A stretch of 64,000 bases of DNA from Carcharhinus amblyrhynchos (Eukaryota). Where the stretch lies: contig OZ336873.1 of NCBI GenBank assembly GCA_965287045.1, positions 39,742,001-39,806,000 of the forward strand, given 5' to 3'. Below the pieces are notes generated by a model. That model made no database searches and was not told the DNA's origin. It worked only from the letters and a program-made list of their open reading frames with translations. The translations under genes were made by a program, and so were the position numbers. Below are positions 36,031-48,049 of the stretch, one piece after another (the first letter of the stretch is position 1; each line of letters opens with the position of its first letter).

Positions 36031-39000
36031 CAACATAAAAAAACTAGATTCTGTTTTTCCATTATTTTAATTCAGGCTCCACATGATTTACATCCAAGAA
36101 AAAGGATGCAAACTTACATGTGTAAAATTCCAGTCTGGGAGTCAGAATACCCAAAAATGGGGCCAAGCTCATAAGTGATTTTAAATTAGTTTATTAAGAA
36201 ACAACAGTTTAAAAATAATTGACAGACAAAGCACATTACCCATTACAGCTTTACCAGTCCAGGTTGGCTCTCTCTAACCTCTGTTACAAACCTCTTAACT
36301 GATCTCCTTCCTTCTGAAGAAGGACCTAGAATGGATCACTTTGAAAAACTTTTTCCTTTCTGAAGTGATTTTCTTTTCTCTTGAGAATTTGTTTTTTTTT
36401 AAACTTTTCTCAGAAATTAGATTTAAGTATGGCTCATGAGATCCAACCCTATCAGAAATATCTGTGCTCATGTCATGTCCTTGACAGTGGTAACAGGCCT
36501 GTCCTATATTTTTCTGCCAGTAAAATACCATGGAAGTTTTCTTTGTAAGATTTCTGTTCAATAAACTTATTAAGATTCTATAATTATAGAGCAATTTCTT
36601 ACACAAGTTATACTGTGATGACAATAGATAAGGTTTTCGCCTCTGATTTTCTCCGCTGCCTATGCAGGGGAGCACTTAATCTCTGTTGTGTGCCAAAACA
36701 TTGGGTATGGTTTTCCTCAACCCCTGTGGTACGATTTGCAACTGCGGAAATGGCCTGCCAGTGGCAGGCGGCAGCGTCATCTAGCCCCGCTGCTGTCAAC
36801 ATGATTTTCCATTGTCCATACATCTGCCACTGGATTCCTGTGGCAGGGGGTTGTTGTAGGCAGGAGCACAAGATCCAAATCATAGAATCCCCACAATGCA
36901 AAAGGAGGCCATTCGGCCCATCCAGCTGTCAGGAACAGACAAAAATTCCTGTCCATTATGTTGGAATTGGTTATCAAAACTTTGTTACACAACCTATCAG
37001 TGCTTTATCACACTGCACTGCCTTGCTAATATGTTTCCCCTATCAACCACAATTATACTTTTGAATTGTTCACAGAATTTTCTAGTTATGGCAGAAACAG
37101 ACTGATAATCTGTTTAAATGATATAAAATCTAAACCAAAATATACTGTGGCAATTATTAATTACAACGGTAACAATGAAGGTGCAACCACCCAGAGCCAA
37201 AATAAGTATTGGTTGTGCAAAACCACAAATTTTACATTTCTAAAATTATAGTTTTTTTTCCTACAAATAACGCGCAGACCCGAGTTTTGCTCACTTTTGT
37301 GTCCTGAACAGGGTGTCAAATTAATTTCTTCCACATTTGTTATCCTGGATTTATGAAGGATAACTAAGGGAATGCAGTGTTACCTGAAAGCAAACTTAAT
37401 TTGAAGAATGTGAAATAATGTGCCTGGAGATGAATGTGCTAATAGGTTTAATTTTCTCTTATGGTGCAGCATTTCTGCCATCTGAAAGCTTTTTGGTTTC
37501 TTTTTCTTACCAATCTCTTCAATAATTTTTATTCCTAATTCTTTAAGCTTCAAGAGCTTAATTAGCTTCTTTTTCAGCTTACAGCAATGTTTGTATTTTT
37601 AAGTTTGCATTACTCTTGTGGTTTGTTCATTTATGGCTGACAACAGTTCCATGTGGCAGAAGTCTGCTCCAGATGGTCTAATATGTGACATTTTCATTAC
37701 TACTAATACACGTTGTGTGTATTGAAGAACTGTCCTGGTTTATGTTGTTCTGGATTTTAGATTGTTTAAGTTGGCTCTTAACAATCGTAATTCTTTTGTG
37801 AACTGTCACAAAACTATCAGACAAACACAAATGGACCATCCTTTGAGGTCACATTCACAATCATACTACATGGTTACAATTTAAATTGCCTTCCTTTTGT
37901 TTTTGCTGATGTGCACAGGCGGTGTATGTGGAGAAGGTGCAAGAACCCTCTAAGCAAAATAACTTATTGTCGAAGTGTCACAATGGAAGCACATAATTTG
38001 TGTCTCCATAGCAGAGTTGTTTAGCTTTAGCTTTGTGCATCCGACCACAAACTGGTTTATTCATTTAACAATAGACATTTTTTGAGGAGTTTTGCCCCTT
38101 TGACCTTTGGTGCACTGACCCTCACGCATCGTATTAAAAAATCTCCTCTTTCCCTCTCTCTCTCTATTGTTCTCTATCTCTTCTTGGTTATTAATGTTTC
38201 TATTGCTAAAGGACAGTTTGACTATAATTTTATGAGCACATTGCACTTATTAATCATATACCACTATTATTAACAGACTAAATGGAGGTCACAAGTGGTC
38301 ACAAATAGTAATAGTGACAGAATTGCTTTTGTAAGCAAACTTTTCTTCCTTTTTTAAGTGACATTTGGCTACAGCAATGTACTCGTGGAATGTACACTCC
38401 AGCACAACAAAATGGATTAGCTTGTGTGCTTTTGTAGGCTGATTCTGTCCTGTAATTCTGAATCATTATTGAAGCATGCAGCAGACGGACTTCTTCAGCA
38501 TTCATAAAGGACCATAAGTGCTTGCTGTAACTTATGTTTGGACCTGACCAAAAAAGAAGAGAATTAAATACAAAAGACTGGACCACAACAAAGACTTCCT
38601 TTCTGCCTCAGTACTTCTGCAAAAACATATGTTCAGCAGTGCAGGCAACTGTTGGGTTAAGGACACTCTAAGGAAAAGAGTACAAAGGACAGTCTCTGCT
38701 CTTGCTTTCACAATGGTTTGAAGCATATTCACTTGTTAGGGCTAGACTGTCAGCTGGTTCTTTTTGCAAGTGTAATTTCTTTCGTTCCTCTTCAAAAGCA
38801 TTTTTTCCTAATGTTTTACACTTCATATAATCTGGCGTGTATGGAAATCCTACTCCTACCCTGACATAATTGATGTTAGGCTAAAGGAGTAGCTTGCTCT
38901 AAGGATAAATTACCCATGCTTTAGAGGGTTCCAAGTCACTCATCTTTTGTAACTTCAAGAACCTGAGTGGGCAAGCATCCACATTTGGCAGTTTAAGTTT

Positions 39001-39971
39001 CGCTCTTAAACTTTAAAAGTTGGGATTAAATTATAATGCTGGAATAATCAAGAGTGACCACATCATTGCTTGCCTTGTCTTAAAATAGTTTCTTACGTAA
39101 AACAATTGAAATTACCAAATCACATTTATGAGCCTGAGGAATAAAGTAACTTCAGAACAAAGTAAAAGCGGTGTTAAGCTTGCTCAGAGGCAGAATTCAG
39201 AAGCTGATAGAATACCATGAAACTGATTTTTCTTAACAGAACAGTAAGGCCTACAACAAGTTTAGGTAGCCGTATAATTCAATTTGTGGCACTTATGGGT
39301 CCGTTGCAAGCTTGGGGCATACTGCTGGGTCCAAGTCATCATCTTGTCTCAGTCAGTGGGCCCTTTTTGAAAATTAGGTCCGGTGCTGAACATATGACCT
39401 CAATTGCCATTTTAGGTTGGGGGTAGTACTGCATTTACCCAATCTGTTCCATGAGTGATAGAGCCAAAGAAGCTCTGATGAATTATGATTGAAATTTTTT
39501 TATGCGAGTCAGAGGAAGAATGTTTATTCCTGTTTCCTATACCTCCCCCTTCTCTCCCATATCCCACCAAGCTTCCAAGATGTACCTGAGACTGTCCAGC
39601 CACATTCCTACAGGCCAATGTCAGCAAGCTTAGTGCCAAAAAAAAATTCTGGCAATCAAATGGTAGATAATTGGTTCAATTTATAACCTAAACTATGACA
39701 ACAAAGAATGGTAATTTCATATAGTGTATGAAAATTGGAACTTTGCCTTTAAGTAAGGAAAGGTTTCAAAATCATTATTTTTCAAACAGTATCATTTTCA
39801 TGCCAATGCAGAAATGCTACAAGAAGTTTACAATGATCTATGTGTAGCATCTTATATCTATTCTGCAATAAATTTAATCAGAAGTACATTCTTCAAATAA
39901 ATTTGGTTAAGCTTTAAAACATTTGGGATTTTTCATCAATGCTTCCCATCACCCAACACTAGTAAACATGT

Positions 39972-40172
39972 AACAAAAACGGAAAATGCTAGAAAAACTC
40001 AGCAGGTTTAACAGCATCTGTGGAAAGAGAATAGAGCCAATGTTTTGAGTCAGGCATCCTGACTTGAAATGCTGGCTCTACTCTATCTCCACAGATGCTG
40101 TTAAACCTGCTGAATTTCTCTAGCATTTTCTGTTTTTGTTTCAGATTCCAGGAGCTGCAGTATTTTGTCTTT
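39972..40172. mobile_element. Palindromic short element of Penelope-pLTR type (arms 39972-40052 and ~40058-40140)
   Basis: AACAAAAACGGAAAATGCTAGAAAAACTCAGCAGGTTTAACAGCATCTGTGGA is mirrored by TCCACAGATGCTGTTAAACCTGCTGAATTTCTCTAGCATTTTCTGTTTTTGTT. Confidence 0.85.
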
Positions 40173-41736
40173 ATCTTACTGATAAATGTGTGATTAACAA
40201 GTTGGAGAGGACAGTTTTCCTGAAGCAAGGCTGTTGTATCAAGCTTTACAAAGGCTGTTACTAAGTAAAGGCTCATAAATCTTCCTTAAGATTTGAGCAA
40301 GATATTGTCATTCAGTATTATTGATTAAAGAAATTATAGAATGGGTATCTAGAATATAAATTTGAGGAAATATCAGTTTATCTCACGAGTACCTAAGAAA
40401 AGCAGGCCGGAAAGTCCCAGACTTAAACTGGTGTCTGTGCTCATAATGGGTAATGGTAGAGGTTCTACATCTTACCCAGGTTGGGGTGGGAGGGATGTCC
40501 TTCAAATTCTTGATTATTATCCATTCACCCTCGATGGAATCAAGTTGAGTAAGAGCAGGATTGTGCTTGGCTATGATGCTTACGATGGGTGAACAGCCTG
40601 TTGATGTGCATTACCCATCATTTTGTAGGAGTAATGGCCACTTAAGTAAGCTATTAGAAGGTGATTGACACCCTTGAAAAAATACTACAGTAACAATAAA
40701 TTGTTTTGAGGAGAGGGGGAAGGGAAAAATTGGCTAGACAAAAAGAAAAGTTAATTGCCATTGAGAAGGAATTATCCTTTCTTGACAAAGCACTAAATAA
40801 AAGCTATCTGTGCTTGGCAACAATCCAGTCCCCCTGTGATCCTAGATAGATTGCACAAGGGCACTAACTTAACTTGCTGCTCCAACTTGAAGAAGGTCCA
40901 ATCTTTTTATAACCCTCAATAGGAACGGATGAGTATGTTTAACAAGAAGCTAAACTTCCTTGAAGGGAGTTCAATTGCTCTGTAACCCAAGCTTAAAGCA
41001 GGCTATAGTAGGTTCTTAACAGCTGCTAACTGTAGGGAGTAGCAGCCTCCCTTGACTCTGGTAACAGCCAAAGCTATATCTGAAGATCTTGCATTATAAA
41101 AATAAAATGACTGAAGTGAAAGACTGCTGGTAGATTGCTACCAATTCGGAGATATTTTTGAGAGAAGAGAATGCAACCTGGTCAAATGATCAGAAGTTCA
41201 ATAGCTCTCAACAAAAGTGATGAGAGGAGCAAAAGGGATGGCGTCAGAGTCATTGGAGATAAAAGGGAGAAATATCAGATGTTTTAAACTTTAGAGAGTG
41301 GAACTTTGATAGAATGTACAAATAAATAAATGAGAAACTTCCAAATAATAATCAATTAAATGTCATTAATTTAATATTTTGCATTCAGTATGAGGTTAGT
41401 AGTCAAAGTAGCAACTTGTTTCATCTCACCTCATCTGATAATGCAACTCAGTGATAACTCCAACTCAGCTGAAATAGCTCAATTAAAAAAAATTACAAAA
41501 ATAAAGCTATTTCAACTGTAAAGTTTTGGATTATTGTTACTGCTCTTTTCCTATAGCGCCATGTGCCAGATACATTCCCAGTTACACTCACTAGAGTTAC
41601 TATGTTAGTTTATTGAATAACGTAAGTATAGAGTTTTTACAAAAAGGAGATTGCTAATGAGGGAAGCTAAGGGTTACAGCAAAGAACTGTTAGTTGGTAT
41701 GTTATTGACCAGTCTGAGATTTTTTTGTAACCATGG

Positions 41737-42170
41737 TGTGGAGATGCTGGCGTTGGACTTGGCGAAACACAATAAGAAGTCTCATGACACCAGGTTAAAG
41801 TCCAACAGGTTTACTTGGTAGCACAAGCCAGTAGCTTTCAGAGCGCTGCTCCTTTATCAGGTGAGTGGGATTTCAATTCACAAACAGGGCATATAAAGAC
41901 ACAAACTTAAATGCAAGTCTTTACAGGTAATCAAGTCTTGAAGGTACAGACCATGTGAGTGGAAAGAGGGTTAAGCATAGGTTAAAAGAGATGTGCATTG
42001 GCCCCAGCCAGGACGGTTAGTGAAGTTTTGCAAGCCCAGGCAAGTCGTAGGGATTACAGACAGTGTGACATAAACCCAAGATCCCGGTTGAAGTTGTCTT
42101 CTTGGGCGGAACTTGGCTATCAGTTTCTGCTTAGCGTCCCTGCATTGTCATGTGTCGTGAAGGCCGCCTT
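41737..42170 (-). mobile_element. Penelope-like element 3' end (GIY-YIG endonuclease C-terminus plus pLTR with a degenerate hammerhead)
   Basis: Minus strand reads GGLHDT*QCRDAKQKLIAKFR..ED.FNRDLGFMSH. The pLTR is shared with 60812-60960. The minus strand also carries TCAC-CTGATAA-AGGAGCAGCGCTCT-GAAA-GCTA. Confidence 0.85.
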
Positions 42171-43429
42171 TTCTGTAACAGCAGAGGGACCAGACATCAA
42201 ATCCTATTTTCTGGCTGAAGAAAGTAGTTATTTCATCAGTGGTAGTTACTGCATCTTACATGAAAGATTTACAGTATTTTAGAAAGCTCAGTCTGTAGTC
42301 CAGCTACATATGCCAGTGGCCTAACTACTCAAGCTCCAAGCCCAAATAGCCAGACAAGTACAAGGCACTGAATATGGCCTTTTTGCATGTTTCTTTTCCG
42401 TTGATCCAAATATCAGGGGCCAAATAATATACAGAAGTATGAATTACTTAATGCTTCCTCGGTTCCATATGGTCATTCACGTCTTTGGCAATTAATCACA
42501 CACCGAATCAGAGAATGGTCCCAAGAGAATTGGTGTCAGCGTTGAGTTGTACCTGTGCCAGTTGAGATGCAGGGCTTGTAGGCGTTAAACAGTAGCACAG
42601 AGCACTGATGGCTGTAAAGCCTAAGGAACTGGCCTTTGTAACAACCTCTTCAGAGTGCAGTTTTTCTTCCTGAAAAAAATCCTTTTCTCCTCATGTGAAA
42701 AGCAGACAAATTACTAAGTGCAGCTTGGGTATTTTTTTCTCTCTCTGTGCTCAATTGTAAACAAAGCACGTTACCCAAGTGGTTAATATTTAAGCCATAA
42801 CACATCAACATTGCCTCTGAGCTGTGTCACAACAATGAGCTTCTCTTTAAGCTATCATTTGGAACCAACTCTTAATGATAAGCAGGCTCTAAGGCTTCAA
42901 AGCAACTGGCTCCAAGATTTTTGAGCCACCCACATTTATTGATTGTTGTCAGGTGTTTGCAGAAGAGAAGGAAATGTGAAAGAGTGTTAATATTTTCCAC
43001 CTTCATATTCAACATTTACTCTAGTAAATATATTAGTAGACAACATGAAATGAAAGTAAAATTATTTGCATATTTTTCAAAACTAACAATGTCATTTGTT
43101 TGTTCAGAACTTTCAAGAAGCTTCAGTTTGTAAATTTAGGATTGTAGAGTTTTTCCAAGTCTTGTGTCCATTTGCTTGTCATTTACCCTTTCTCCAGAAA
43201 TGCTTAGAAAATCGATAAGACCCAAAATGGAAGCAGGAATTGTGATTAAGTTGTTGATGCTGTTCATTTAAATGATTGTAATGTGAAGCTAGGTTTTATG
43301 TGGCTGCATGCATAAACAGAGATTGTAAAACCATGAGAGGCTAGCACTACTAAAAAAAACTATTCGACACTAAACTTAAAACCAGCTCATGGAGAGTGTG
43401 GACAAGAACACCAAACACTGCATGACATA

Positions 43430-44050
43430 GCTAAGAGTGAGCTCCCAAGATTTTCCAGTGCTTCACCAGTGCACAGGAGGAGGGGACAAAGTCCCAGAAG
43501 GCAGTGGGAAGCTGAGCTGTGGCACTCCATGTCAGGAGTTTGAGCCCAAAGGCCTGGACACAGTGCTGAAAGAGGTTCAGCGGTCTCACAGGAATGGGTC
43601 AAGTCAGTAAATGTATCTTTTAATGTCATATCCCATCAATTGCCCTACCAGCCTCACATACTGCTCCACACACCTGCAAAGCATCTGCCAACTATTTACT
43701 AATCTTGATCCATACCTAACATTTGTACGCATCATCTTGCCCTCTCAGATTAATCACTGCTGCAAGCCTCACAGCCACATCTCACAGCTTATGCATTGCT
43801 AACTATTCAACCAAGACAGTCAGTGCTCCAAAGCATAGTCCAGCTCACACACTGGTGAACTTTCCTCACTCTCTTGCAGAATGATATATTGCGTAGCAAG
43901 AAGCAACAGGAGCAAACCTGTGAGGGATCATGTATGGCTGCATGTCCTAATATTCATGCGGAGGTTGTGTGCACCATCATTAGAGTGAGATATGATTGAA
44001 GTCATGGTTGGTGGTGACACTGAAAGCATTGGAAATGCTCATCTTCCTTG
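43430..44050 (+). pseudogene. Harbinger Myb/SANT-like DNA-binding protein remnant
   Basis: PRFS...RRQWE...KAWTQC*KRFSGLT pattern, a probable intron, and a second exon after ctcttgcag at ~43879. Confidence 0.55.
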
Positions 44051-44239
44051 CATTCTTTTCTCTGTTTTCTCACAGGTTCAGCTGCAGGTGGTATAAACAT
44101 GTATCTCCCATTCCACACTCCCCTCACTACAATCCTATCATCTGCCTTCTACCAGCATCCAGCCGTGCTGCAGTCATTGAGGTAGAACTGAATGGAAACA
44201 TTAGGGTTGGAAAACATGCACAGAAGATACTCACTAAGG

Positions 44240-44681
44240 CAGGGCTTTCCAAACTTTTACAGTCACAGAACCCTTTTCACCTTCCTAGAGTTATAAGGGA
44301 ACCCTGAAAAACATTCTTATTATTGAAGAATTAAACCACAAAATGTAATTGCACAATAGGTACAAATTTAAAAACATACCTGAAAGATGTTTCTATGCCT
44401 TATGTGTATACATTCATTATAATAAAGTTCTGTTATTCAACAAATATTTCTAAGCCTTACTTTCTTTTGTTATTTTTAATGGGGAGCTCCCACTCACCCA
44501 CCCTCGCCCTCATCCACCCTCAGTCTCACCTATTCACCCTCCTTTCAGGCCTCTCCCCAGCCCCTCAGCTCTTCTCAGATATCTCTTGCTCTGACTCCAC
44601 TAAGGCCCCCGTGGCCCCAGTCCCTCTTGGGACCCGGGGTCAACCAAGCCATGGATTCCCAGCAGAGGCTTGGGAACCCTG
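44240..44681. mobile_element. hAT (Charlie/MER5-like) non-autonomous element
   Basis: TIRs CAGGGCTTTCCAAAC and GCTTGGGAACCCTG, with an 8-bp TSD CACTAAGG/CGCTAAGG (44232-44239, 44682-44689). Confidence 0.85.
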
Positions 44682-44978
44682 CGCTAAGGGAATGTACAAG
44701 GGTGATTAGTTGGCTTTTGTGTGGAAAACTGAATAGTTTGATTTTCTAAAGTTGATTTGATATGTTTGTTTTGTGGTGGATGTTACTTCAGCATTGTGAT
44801 CCAGAGGATGCTGTGACAATCAGTGACAGGTGAAATTTGTGATAAGGACTATTGATGAATGGGGAATTGGGGTTACTTGCATAAGTACCACTGTTAGATG
44901 ACTTGATCCTGGACAACCCAGCCACAAAGTGATATGTTGGTTTACTCCTCCCTTCCTCCTCCTCCGCGTGAGTTACTT

Positions 44979-45393
44979 AACATAGAAACTAAAAGCAGGT
45001 CTAGGCCATTCGGCCTCCAAGCCTGCACCGCCATTCAGTTTAATCATGGTTGATCATCGAATTCAATATCCTGATCTCCCCTTCCCACCATATTCCTTGA
45101 TCCCTTTAGCCCCAAAAGTTACATCTAACTTCTTATTGAAATCAGACAACATTTTGGCCTTAGCTACATTCTGTGGTAGTGAATTCCACATATTCATCAC
45201 CCTTTGGGTGAATAAATTTCTCCTCACCTGAGTTCTAAGAGGGTTTACTCTTTATCCTCAAACTGTGACCCAACAGTTCTGGATTCCACCACCATTGGGA
45301 ACATTCTTTCTGAATCTACCCCGTCTAACCCTGTTAGTATTTTGTAAGTTGCTATGAGATCTCCCTCACTCGTATAAACTCCAATGAATATAG
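44979..45393 (-). mobile_element. CR1 LINE 3' end nested in the Harbinger transposase
   Basis: aacatagaaac tail, ggccattcggcc 3' UTR, and minus-strand RNLFTQRVMNMWNSLP. Confidence 0.88.
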
Positions 45394-45399
45394 TACTGT

Positions 45400-46300
45400 A
45401 TATTTGATAGTGAGTGTTGTGCCCTCATGTTGGCGAGGTTGTGCAGGATGCAGGAAATCACAAAGAATCATGTCAAATGCTATGATGAATACTGCAGAGC
45501 GATCTTTTCGGCGGGAGAAGCATTGCTTAAGCACTTCAGTTGTCTACTCAATGGCACTTTTGTGTGACACTGTGGCTATGTGTAGACAAGCCAGATGTGC
45601 ATGGGTTGTGCAGCAGAGTACTCTGAGTTAGCCTGTGGATAGCACTTGATATCGAGCAGCCATCTCCCAGTTTTGTCATGGTGGCTCAAATGCAGATGGT
45701 ACAGATATCACAACTGCTACCAGAATACCAGGCATTGACTTATAGCACATCAGCTATACATTGAGAAAGTGGAATTCCTCCATTGTGATATATTTCTGAA
45801 TGCAGCACCAAATGATGCTTGTACACTCAGTGGCACCTTGCACCTTTTAAGAACCTGCAATCTTGGTGAAGTTAGGTGTTTGTTCTGCCTGCTTCTCTCT
45901 GGCAAGAGAGAATGAAATGTATGCAACTATCTTTGCATACATGCCTTCTTATGCAAGAGTGCTTGATGAATTAGGGCGTATTGCAAATATGAACTATCCA
46001 GTTTGGAAGGAGCCAGAAGCATGATAATTCATGGGCCTGGTCACCTTTACAGTTATTAGCAATGCTGTCCTCATCCTGTCCTGAGGTTGAAGTTCAGGCT
46101 GCACAAGATGGCAAATTTCAGTGAGCATCTCTTGGTGAAGCAGAGATGTCAAACACTGTTTCCGCTGAGGTTGAGGTTGGAAAATATATTCCCTGAATAC
46201 CCTGGAGAGATTTACTGAGAACGTATCTCCCTCTGGTCTTCCTTGCCTTTTGAAAAGCTTGCCTCTTTGTTGCTGCTGATCATTCTCCCTATCATGCTGC
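45400..46300 (-). pseudogene. Harbinger (HARBI1-like) DDE transposase remnant
   Basis: RVFRE...EMLTEICHLVQPELQPQ.R.RTAL.ITVKVT..MNYHASGSFQ, IAG..KVQGATECTSI (GAIDCTHI motif) and AIE.T..VLKQCF. Confidence 0.8.
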
Positions 46301-47924
46301 TGCAGGGCAAGAGAATAGCAACTACAACACCCATGATTGGGAGCAAGTGTACTGAGCAGAATATTTGAAGTCATAACCTTCACCACATGTCACACCACTT
46401 CCTCTGGACTTCTGCAAAATTTGAAGAGAGTTCAAATCACCAAACACCTCAACTAACTTAGCTACAGCTAGTGGACATCAGTCAGCAACTAATCTGAAAG
46501 CAGTTCATGATATAATAAGCAGTGCTGGTAGTGGAGAGGGAGGATTGGGTCCTTCCCACTGATAATCATACGTTTAGCTGCAGGAGGATAAAAGAGGTTG
46601 TTAATGGGAGAGTTGAAGTCAAAAATGGCACTGCTGATGCTAAATCACCATTACACATTGATGTCACAATTTACCACATGCATTGTGTGCCCCTGCTAAT
46701 GTCCTTACCAAAATGCCATGTGGTGCAGTAACAGAAATGGTCATGCGCTGTGGGTACCATTTTGGACCTGAAACAGTATTCGTAGCATGGAAAATATGGG
46801 CACTATACTAACATACTCTATTTTAAAGTAAAGTTTATTTATTAGTCACCAGTGAGGCTTACATTAACACTGCAATGAAGTTACTGTGAAATTCCCCAAG
46901 CTACCACAGTCAAGCTTATTTTAGTACATAAGCATTTGTTTTACGTGTGTAAGCTTTTAAAATTTTTTTGCCTAACTGCGTGCACAGAATTTAAAAGAGC
47001 TGAATTGTGCAGGCACTTCCAAACTGTTCTGTGGCGAAGCAACTTGGAGAGAACATTGCACCACACAACAGAATTCTGCACTCAATGATACAAAGTTTTG
47101 GGCCAGTATAGTGCATACCTGCACTTCTCCTGTTAATGGCAGTGTTCACTTCTATCTGTGCGCTATCTGGGACTGGAGAGTTCATCGTAATGCTTGTTTG
47201 GTGATTTCAGGAAATAGAGGAAAGAAATTTTCATCAGCCTGTAAACATTTGTGCCGTTCAAGTCTTCTGCTAACAGAAGGGTGAGATAAGACAGGCAATC
47301 AGGCTGCCCAAACTGTTTGTTTGTTCTCCTGACCTGTAGTCTCAAACATACTGCTAGTTGCAGTCAGAGCGACGCAAGTTTAAAAATGTGAAAGCTTCAC
47401 TCAGCAGCAGATGAACGAGGGGCCTCCAGACAATTATCTGTCATTAACCTTCATTAAACTAATAAAGAAACAGAGACAGACAATCTTAGAGGGAAAATTG
47501 TTGGTGTGGTTTAAAATAGCAAGCACCAGTCATAGTTGTTGAGTCAGTTGTCCTTAGGTGAGATTTGCAATTGAGATGTGAGAAATGATTTTGTTTTTTT
47601 GTAGCTATCTATCCTGATAAAATCTTTGTCCAGGGTTTCCGAATTACCTGAACTTTTTGACCCTCAACTTTGCTGTGTTGGCCAACCTGCTGCCGTTTAT
47701 TTAAAACTGAAAAGGTTCACCCTAAGTGCACTATGTAAATTGATTTACTAGAAATAAATACATTATCCATTTTGATCATCATTAACTTCATTTGCTTTAT
47801 TGATCTGTCTATAGTAGAAGGGAGTAATAAAGATGATATTGATTTTTTTGTTCCTTGTTTTACTCGCCAGTGGGCAATTTTATTAATTTTAAGTTTTATT
47901 GCCAGCTCTTTTTAATTTTTTTAG

Positions 47925-48049
47925 ACAAAGCTTTTGCTATGTGAAATCAATGAAGCAGAATGGTCTTCAGAAAGAAAGCATCAAGTTGTAAGCTGTCTTT
48001 TGCCATTTCTTGAGGAGCGCCAGGAGCTGAGAAAGAGCTGGATGACAAG
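47925..48049 (+). CDS. FTO: FTO coding exon, equivalent to human exon 8 (C-terminal helical domain)
   Basis: Acceptor tttaatttttttag|, donor |gtaagg, 125 bp, phase 0/2. Encodes TKLLLCEINEAEWSSERKHQVVSCLLPFLEERQELRKSWMT(R) versus human [41 protein letters not shown](R). In frame with 16888-17007. Confidence 0.9.

Larger units (their letters stand above)
43180..46810. mobile_element. PIF/Harbinger DNA transposon relic with two convergent genes; boundaries approximate
   Basis: Myb/SANT-like remnant on + and DDE transposase remnant on -, with nested hAT and CR1 insertions. Confidence 0.7.
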
